Assembly: GCA_965238005.1 (NCBI GenBank)
Contig: OZ250165.1
Location: 1,472,001 to 1,536,000, forward strand
Source of the DNA: Longimicrobiales bacterium
Lineage (GTDB): Bacteria; Gemmatimonadota; Gemmatimonadetes; Longimicrobiales; Gaopeijiaceae
Length of the DNA: 64,000 bases
Direction of reading: 5' to 3'
Position 1 is the first letter of the stretch. Every line of letters starts with the position of its first letter. The notes beneath the pieces are model-generated. The model was not told the DNA's origin. It saw only the letters and a list, made by a program, of their open reading frames with translations, and did no database searches. The translations under genes were made by a program, and so were the position numbers. This document shows, piece by piece, positions 57,184 through 64,000 of this stretch.

Positions 57184-57969
57184 ACTGGCCTCAAGTAGTG
57201 CGGCAAGTGCTTGAGCACAGCGCGATGCTCCTGGCGCTGAACGTCGCAACGACGGTGCCTAAGGAGTAGCCGCCTTACCCCCAAACGGGACCGAACACCC
57301 GAACAGTCGCGCCCAGCCGAGGCGTGTTATGGGTGGGGTGGTGGGGCTTGCACGATGAGGACGCGGCTACACCAACAACGTCCAGATTCCATCAGTTACC
57401 AGAGCAGACCACTTCCCACATCGACTCTCCAACCCGTTTCGGGGCGGACGGGTAAGGGAGGGCTACGCCCTATTGACTTTCTTCGCCTTATAGATGCTGC
57501 GCGTCCAAGATGTCGACCGGCGGGCGCAGCGTGTGACCTACATGCTCAGCGCGCCAGTAGCGATAATCGCTCGTCAGCGGGTGGGGGCGCTGGATTTAAC
57601 GGAAGACGCCGCGACCTCTTCTGCGTGTGCGTATGCCCGTTTCCAGGACCTGAAGTGAGCATCGTCGGGGCTGTCCGTCCCGTCGAGCCACGCAGATATA
57701 TCCTCCGAAGAGACCACCTCCGACGAGCCCATCAACACCGCAACCACGTTATCATCCGGCCCCGGCGATCGCGGCGTAGACTCTAGTGAGCCTACCGACT
57801 TTCCTTCCCAGTCTCGAAGGTAGCGCGCCAGGTGGCCGGGGGAAGGTAGTCGCTCCACCTTGCGGCGGTTGAGTCAGTGGTGGAACAATAGTCTTCGCAA
57901 TTCGCTCTCCGGCCGTGATGTCTGTCACACGGCCGGCACGGCCCTTTTTTGGGAGTGTCGGAGGAACAC

Positions 57970-58920
57970 ATGAGACCATGGACCCTTCTTTTCGGCTCCG
58001 CGTTCACCGTTGCGCTCGTCGGTTGCGCCGACTCTCCGACCCCCGCGCCGCCGGAGGGCTACGTGGAGGTCCCGGGCGGCAGGATCTGGTATCAGACCCT
58101 CGGTGCGGAGTCGACCGGTACGCCCCTCCTCGTCATTCACGGCGGACCTGGCTTCGGCAGCTGCACCTATGTCTCGACCCTCACGGGGATCGCCCAGGAC
58201 AGACCCGTCATCCTCTACGATCAGCTCGGGGCCGGACGATCGGATCGCGCGGACGATACCTCCCTCTGGCAGATCCCCCGCGAAGAAGTCGATGCGCTGC
58301 GCTCGGCTCTCCGGCTGGACGAGGTCCACGTCATGGGGCATTCCTGGGGAGGCACGGTGGCGATGGAGTACATGCTCACGCGACCGGAGGGGGTGCGCTC
58401 GGTGGTGTTCGTGGGACCGATGTTGAGCACGTCTCGTTGGGTGAAGGAATCCGTCGACTTGATTGGACAACTCCCTCCGAGTCTGGCCGAGGCCTTGAGG
58501 CGGGGTGAGGCGACCGGTGACTACGCGTCGCCGGAATACCTGGCCGCGACCGATTCCTTCTACGCTCGATTCCTGGTGCGCAGCGAGTGGCCGTGGCCGG
58601 TTCTTCCGGGCTGTGAGGAGGATCCCGGTGTAAACATGCAGGTCTACGAGCACATGTGGGGACCGACGGAGTTCACGGCGACCGGAACACTGCTGGACTT
58701 CGATCGGGTGGGCCGGCTGCCGGAGCTCGATTTGCCGGTGCTTTTCGTCGTCGGCCGCTACGACGAGATCCCGACCGAGACCGTGCGGGAGTTCGCCGGA
58801 CTCGTTCCCGGGGCCGCCTTCGAGATCATCGAGGATGCGGGCCACATGGTCAACATCGATGGCACGGAGGCGTTCAACTCGGCGGTCGCCGCCTTCCTCG
58901 GCGACGTAGACGGCCGCTGA
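57970..58920 (+). CDS. Proline iminopeptidase-family alpha/beta hydrolase, lipoprotein
   Basis: Lipobox LVGC; HGGPG, YDQLG, GHSWGG, GRYDE, AGH. Confidence 0.9.
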   Translation: MRPWTLLFGSAFTVALVGCADSPTPAPPEGYVEVPGGRIWYQTLGAESTGTPLLVIHGGPGFGSCTYVSTLTGIAQDRPVILYDQLGAGRSDRADDTSLWQIPREEVDALRSALRLDEVHVMGHSWGGTVAMEYMLTRPEGVRSVVFVGPMLSTSRWVKESVDLIGQLPPSLAEALRRGEATGDYASPEYLAATDSFYARFLVRSEWPWPVLPGCEEDPGVNMQVYEHMWGPTEFTATGTLLDFDRVGRLPELDLPVLFVVGRYDEIPTETVREFAGLVPGAAFEIIEDAGHMVNIDGTEAFNSAVAAFLGDVDGR

Positions 58921-58926
58921 GGGGCG

Positions 58927-59080
58927 TGAACCGCTCCGGGTTCATCGGAGACTAATTGAATTGAGTATCGCGAGCTCGGGTTGAGCATGCAAGTGACGAT
59001 AGTATGCTTCCTCGAACTCCACCGGAGGAACATGCCCGATTGGTCCTAGGAGGCGGTGATAGTTGAACCACCACACCCGA
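58927..59080 (-). mobile_element. IS3-family right-end remnant
   Basis: Terminal TGAACCGCTCCGGGTT and OrfB tail WWFNYHRLLGPIGHVPPVEFEEAYY. Confidence 0.75.
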
Positions 59081-59302
59081 TCACACCTCGGTAATCGAAC
59101 AGTTTGTGTTGCACATTGGCAACGCCTTCGGCGAGCTGGCAGTGACCTCCGCTCCGAAGTGACTGGGATACTCGGCTGGACTCTCCTCCGCCGGGAACAG
59201 GTCAGAGAATGCGAATGACGAGCAGCCGCCCGCCGGATACGAGATCGGCGCCGGCAACGGCGCCTCGCGGTGAGCCCTCGTTGCGGCCTTGGGTTCAGCA
59301 CG

Positions 59303-61597
59303 TCAGTTCATTGTCATCTTCACCCTCGGCCCGGGAGGCATGAACCTGTGTAAGAAGTCGGTTCGCAGGTTGTACAAGTGATCCTGCGTATTTCGACCTA
59401 CTCTCAATCCATGGTTGCGGTTGGGATATACCATCATGCTGAACTGCTTCTCGTGGGCGACTAATTCATTGACCAGAGATTCAAAACTCTGGTAATGCAC
59501 GTTCGAGTCTCCGCTACCGTGAATGATGAGCAAATTGCCTTCGAGGCGATGTGCCCAGGTTATCGGCGAGCCGTTTTCGTAGCCCTCCATATTCTCGTCG
59601 ATGAGTCCCATAAAACGTTCTTGATAGCCGGGATGGTAAAACCGCTGGTGGCTCACAAACGAGGACGGCATGGCGAGCTTGTACAGATCCGGGTACCGAA
59701 AGATGAGATTGAGGCTCATCTGGCCTCCACCGCTGTGTCCGTAGATCCCGACTCTTTCGGGGTCCAAGTATGGGGTGGTGGCGAGGATCTCCGTTGTGGC
59801 GGCGGCGTGGTCCTTGGCCGCTAAGATTCCGAGCTGACGGTGAATACTCTTGCGCCAAATGCGACTTCTGGGAGCCGAGGTACCCCGAGGGTCGACACTC
59901 ATCACAACGTATCCCTGCTGCGTGAGCATCAGATGCCACAGGTATCTCGTGCCGGCCCATGAGTCCAACACGGTCTGTCCGGCAGGCTCTCCGTAGATGT
60001 AAAAAAACAGCGGATACTTCTGTTGTGGATCAAAATCCGGTGGCTTGATGGTAAACGCGTCCAACTCCAATCCGTCCCCAATATCCACGCGGAAAAATTC
60101 CGTGGGACTCTTCTCGAGCTCGGCCAACTTTTGGCGAAGGTCGGTGTTGTCCTCGAGCACCCTCGCGGAGCGGTGATCCGGAATGCGAATCAGATCGACC
60201 TCCGGCGGGGTGTCTTTCGTCGAGAAGGTGTGGATGGCCCAATTGAAATCAGGCGACACCTGATAGCCATGGGTGCCGGGGGATTCCATCGGAGTGATCC
60301 GTTCGGAAGTCCCGCTACCGTCCAGCGGTACCCGGAACAAGAAACGCTGTGTCGCGTTGTCCGGCGACGCCATGTAGTAGAGCCACCCTTCTTCTTCATC
60401 TATTCCCTGAATCACGATGACGTCGAACGGGCCCGGCGTGAGCAAACCCAACTCCTGCCCCGTGCGTGAGTACAAGTACACGTGCGACCACCCGTCACGT
60501 TCACTCACAAACGTGAACTTCTCACCACCGTCGAGCCAATAGATGTTGTTCGGCTCGACCCAGGCGCTGTCTGTTTCGACGAGGATCGACCGGACGGCAC
60601 CCTCTGGAACATCCGCCAGCAACACCCGCAGAGTGTTCTGACGTCGGTTCATGATTTGCAACACCAATTCACTGGAACTGGCCGCCCAATCCATCCGCCA
60701 CAGATAGTCTTCGTGAGGATCTGCCGGTAGATCCAACCAGCTCGTCTCTCCTCCGCCGGAGGCGACAACGCCCACCCGGAACGAGGCCATCTTCTGTCCC
60801 ACTTTTACATAGGGAAACGATACGATCTCAGGATAGAGGGTCTCGGTGTTGTTGATCATGTAGAAGTCCGGAACGTCGCTCCAGTCCGACTGCACATAAA
60901 CGACGAGTTTGCCGTCCGGACTCCAGGCGTATCCACCCTTGCCCGCAATCAGGTCTCCGTATCGCCTGTTGAGCATGGAATTGCTGGCGGATTTGATTCT
61001 CCCGTTGAACAGCCGCTCCGCCCCGTCCGTCGTCAACCGGATGATCTCGAATGACGTAAGGTCTTCCACATAGATGTCATTGTCTTTGACGTAACTGACG
61101 CGACGCCCCTCCGGGGAGAACCTGGCAGTCTGCAACGATTGGGGGGCCGCATCGCGTCCAAGCTTGTGCCAGTTCCATCCCAGGAGGTCGAGGACCCAGT
61201 AGTCCTGTGCTGCACTGCCTCGGACCACCTGTTTGAGATTGGTGGATATGAGAAGTTTGGATCCGTTAGGGGACCAGGAATAACTCTCGATCTCCATCGG
61301 TGATGACTCGCCCGGCAGGATCAGTCTCCACGCCGGAACCGCCACCACCTTCGCGCCGGTCTCCGCGTCGTACCTCACCACATCTCTCGCGCCGTCGTTA
61401 GTATCCGATGCTTCCAAAAGGGTGTAACTGGCCCCACCCGCCGACCACACCACGGGCCCGAATGACTTGGCCCGGAACCCTGAACTCAAGATTCTCTCTA
61501 CGGTCAGCAGTGAAGAGTCGTCTTGCTGAGCAAGGGCCGGAAAACGTGGCACTGCCAGAACGGTTATTGCCAGTACCGTTATTGCCAGATTTCTCAT
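59303..61597 (-). CDS. Dipeptidyl peptidase IV (S9B family), secreted
   Basis: Signal peptide, beta-propeller (WSPNG, SERDGWSH), GHSGG nucleophile, DSNVH, NRNH; GGAGG RBS. Confidence 0.92.
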   Translation of the reverse strand: MRNLAITVLAITVLAVPRFPALAQQDDSSLLTVERILSSGFRAKSFGPVVWSAGGASYTLLEASDTNDGARDVVRYDAETGAKVVAVPAWRLILPGESSPMEIESYSWSPNGSKLLISTNLKQVVRGSAAQDYWVLDLLGWNWHKLGRDAAPQSLQTARFSPEGRRVSYVKDNDIYVEDLTSFEIIRLTTDGAERLFNGRIKSASNSMLNRRYGDLIAGKGGYAWSPDGKLVVYVQSDWSDVPDFYMINNTETLYPEIVSFPYVKVGQKMASFRVGVVASGGGETSWLDLPADPHEDYLWRMDWAASSSELVLQIMNRRQNTLRVLLADVPEGAVRSILVETDSAWVEPNNIYWLDGGEKFTFVSERDGWSHVYLYSRTGQELGLLTPGPFDVIVIQGIDEEEGWLYYMASPDNATQRFLFRVPLDGSGTSERITPMESPGTHGYQVSPDFNWAIHTFSTKDTPPEVDLIRIPDHRSARVLEDNTDLRQKLAELEKSPTEFFRVDIGDGLELDAFTIKPPDFDPQQKYPLFFYIYGEPAGQTVLDSWAGTRYLWHLMLTQQGYVVMSVDPRGTSAPRSRIWRKSIHRQLGILAAKDHAAATTEILATTPYLDPERVGIYGHSGGGQMSLNLIFRYPDLYKLAMPSSFVSHQRFYHPGYQERFMGLIDENMEGYENGSPITWAHRLEGNLLIIHGSGDSNVHYQSFESLVNELVAHEKQFSMMVYPNRNHGLRVGRNTQDHLYNLRTDFLHRFMPPGPRVKMTMN

Positions 61598-62031
61598 TCT
61601 GTCCTCCATGTTGTCAGCCGAGCAGTCGAATTCGGACCTAGCGCAACGCCTCACTCCAATGCGCTCGCAGCCTCGCGAATCATCGTGATGTCGGCGACGA
61701 AGATGCTGCGACCGCACTCATCCCACAAGCAACCGGGACTCCGATGGGGGGCATCGAGATGCGGAACGTCGGCGCTCGCAAGACCACGAGCACGTCGCTG
61801 ACCGTCTCACTACAAAACGGCATCGGTAGCTGCCCAACCCGATCCATCTCCACCTCGAACTCCTCATGCTCGCGCGCATCATGCGCAGGAACCAGTCGTG
61901 GGCGTCACGGGCTGTGTGGACGCCATAGCGAGGTGAGAGGCCGAAGGAGCGTAGCGACTGAAGCACGACCGGCTGTTACACGATGGCGCCCCTCTCTGGG
62001 CGAAGCCCATAAAACTACTCAGCTGGACTCT

Positions 62032-63564
62032 TCAGGCGTGGGCACTGCTGTAGTGCTCTTTCAGCGCTCTTCTCTGGACTTTCCCTACGGCGCTCTTGGG
62101 CAAGCTGGGCAAGAAGAAAACCTTCTCAGGCACCTTATGAGCCGCGATCTGCTCCTTGGCAAATTCAATCAATTCTCCCTCGGTAGCCGATACCTCTTCC
62201 CGCTTGGCGACATACGCTACCACGACCTCACCCCACGTCTCATCCGGTATGCCGATAACCCCGGCTTCGGCCACCGCCGGGTGCTGGTAGAGAACGGCTT
62301 CTACTTCTTGCGGCGAAATGTTGGAGCCGCCTCGGATTATGAGTTCCTTCTTGCGCCCGTCGAACCAGCAGTAGCCTTCTCCATCTTGCTTGACGAGATC
62401 TCCGGTATAAAGCCACCCCTCGCGCAGGACCTCAGCGGTAGCCTCAGGGTTGTTCCAGTAGCCGATCGTATTTCCCGGACACTTAACCGTCAGCTCGCCC
62501 ACTTCTCCGGGCTTCACTTCCTCGCCGTCCGCATCCATCACACGCAACAGGACGCCCTCTAAAGGCACCCCGATGGACCCCGAGCGGATTTTTCCAGGGG
62601 GGTTCCAGGTGATCGGCGCGATTTCGGTCATGCCCAAGAGCTCGTGCAGGGGGAGAGAAAAGGCACGCGTAAACTGCTCCTGCAAAGCCGTGGGGACCGA
62701 GTCGCCGGCCGCTAAAAAGCGCATATCGGCACGGATATCATAGGGGGTCGCCGTTTGGCATTCTACCAGGGCCTTGCACTGGACCGGCATGGCAAACGTG
62801 AAGGTGCACTGCTCCCGCTCAAGGGTCTCCAATATCGTCTGGGGGTCACTCGCGGTTGGGAGAACCAGCGTGGCGCCGACGGTGAGGCTAGAAAGCATGA
62901 TGCACATGAAAGCCGCCATATGGGTCATGGGCGTCAGCACGGCCGCCACCTGCTCACGAGACATCCCCATCTGTTCCATCATGGCAATCATGTAGTGCAG
63001 CGTTTCGTGGGTGTGTGTGACCCCTTTGGGCCGTGCGGTCGTCCCCGAGGTGTAAAGGATGGCGGCCACCTGGCCGGGCTCCACGGCCGGCCATTCTATC
63101 GTTCCGGAGGGGGCGGTCAACAGATTCTGGAAAGCACTGGTGTCCGCGAACTGGCGGTCGCGGGTCAGATAGCACAGCTGTAACTGCGGCAGGTGCGGTT
63201 GGATCGGAAGGACCTGTTGGTACAAGTCCGGCTGGCCAATGTAAAACCGGGCTTGACTGTGCTGTAGGAGATATTCGATCTCCGACGGCCCCATGCGGGC
63301 ATTGATCGGCACCGCAATGGCGCCGGCCTTGAAGCATCCATAGTAGCCGAAAACCAGCTCCGGACAATTGCTCATGTGCAATGCAACACGATCCCCCGGC
63401 TCCAACCCTTGTGCGAGAAGGTTAGTGGCTAACCGGTCAGTCAAGGTATCGACTTCGGCATAGGTCCAGGCGTGCTCAGCAAAGATCAGCGCCGTTTTTT
63501 CAGGATGATGCGTGTGTCCATCGCGGAGGAAACGGGCGAGGGTCATCGGTCTCTCCTGAATCAT
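62032..63564 (-). CDS. AMP-binding acyl-CoA synthetase/ligase
   Basis: YTSGTTARPKG, GMTE, TGD, GRKKELIIRGG, LPKSAVGK. Confidence 0.92.
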   Translation of the reverse strand: MIQERPMTLARFLRDGHTHHPEKTALIFAEHAWTYAEVDTLTDRLATNLLAQGLEPGDRVALHMSNCPELVFGYYGCFKAGAIAVPINARMGPSEIEYLLQHSQARFYIGQPDLYQQVLPIQPHLPQLQLCYLTRDRQFADTSAFQNLLTAPSGTIEWPAVEPGQVAAILYTSGTTARPKGVTHTHETLHYMIAMMEQMGMSREQVAAVLTPMTHMAAFMCIMLSSLTVGATLVLPTASDPQTILETLEREQCTFTFAMPVQCKALVECQTATPYDIRADMRFLAAGDSVPTALQEQFTRAFSLPLHELLGMTEIAPITWNPPGKIRSGSIGVPLEGVLLRVMDADGEEVKPGEVGELTVKCPGNTIGYWNNPEATAEVLREGWLYTGDLVKQDGEGYCWFDGRKKELIIRGGSNISPQEVEAVLYQHPAVAEAGVIGIPDETWGEVVVAYVAKREEVSATEGELIEFAKEQIAAHKVPEKVFFLPSLPKSAVGKVQRRALKEHYSSAHA

Positions 63565-63684
63565 GGTTCTATCCTCGGTCAGACGCTTGTATTCACGTTC
63601 TGAGCGTCTTCGGAGTCGTGCCAGATGCGGCGGGCGAAGTAGGCCCTGCCCTTGGGGCGGTTGCCGGCTTCACCCGTTCGGGCC

Positions 63685-64000
63685 GGTAGTGTCCCTAGAT
63701 TTGTGTAAAAGCGGATAAGCTGGACAGGAGGGAAAGAAAAACGGAAGCTCCTCTGTTGTTGTTCACTGTCACATGAACCCGGGAGTCCGGGTCTGCAGAG
63801 CAGGCTCGGAACCGGAGAGGAGCTTCCGATGCAAGAGATTGTGGAGATCGGTCGGGCCACGCAAGACGAGCTACGCGATGATTTGCGCGAGCTGTTTCAA
63901 GGCGCGATCCGGCTGACGCTCGAGATGGTGCTGGAAGAGGAGCTGAAGGCCATGGTAGGTGCACGCCGCTTCGAGCGGGTGGGAAGCCGGAAGGACCATA
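63685..64000 (+). mobile_element. IS256-family element, left part (transposase from 63829 runs off the window)
   Basis: End GGTAGTGTCCCTAGATTTGTGTAAA; N-terminus MQEIVEIG...LEEELKAMVGARRFERVGSRKDH. Confidence 0.8.

Noticed and set aside
57270..57940. Short ORFs (57574-57858 and others) as real genes
   Set aside because: No recognisable motifs; probably fragments of a decayed gene that I cannot assign
61620..62030. ORFs between DPP-IV and the acyl-CoA ligase
   Set aside because: No recognisable family, RBS or consistent coding signal
1..64000. CRISPR array, rRNA or integron cassette array
   Set aside because: No regularly spaced repeats with unique spacers, no rRNA-like tract, and no convincing attC sites or IntI seen

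Overview
High-GC bacterial chromosome segment. Gene content and order suggest Gemmatimonadota or a related FCB-group lineage (inference, not verified). Bases 1-43.4 kb are mostly co-oriented housekeeping genes: dut, mreBCD-mrdA-rodA, accD, folC, hisS, proS, guaA, trxA, rsmI, a DUF4159/coiled-coil/TPR cluster, a JAB-DinG fusion, a DAP-type aminotransferase, HD-GYP, valS, selA, gmhB, an A-type Fe-S carrier, purN and purH. This part also has a multiply inactivated lysA, a frameshifted Rid gene and a 273-bp MITE. A tRNA-Ser(UGA) at 43511-43594 is an integration hotspot. The main accessory feature is an apparently intact 10.2-kb element (43598-53843) bounded by a 14-bp att repeat. It encodes a P4-type integrase, AlpA and a complete HK97-like head/packaging/neck module (TerL, HNH, capsid, P-loop protein, protease, connector, closure, gp10-like, portal). 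It has no tail, lysis, recognisable primase/replicase or recognisable TerS gene, so it looks like a capsid-forming, tail-less phage satellite (cf-PICI-like) with unusual gene order. To its right is a decayed older island with integrase fragments, a truncated Nif11-type RiPP precursor, IS3 and IS256 elements and remnants, two exported proline-specific peptidases and an acyl-CoA ligase. All family assignments come from motif recognition by eye; no searches were run.
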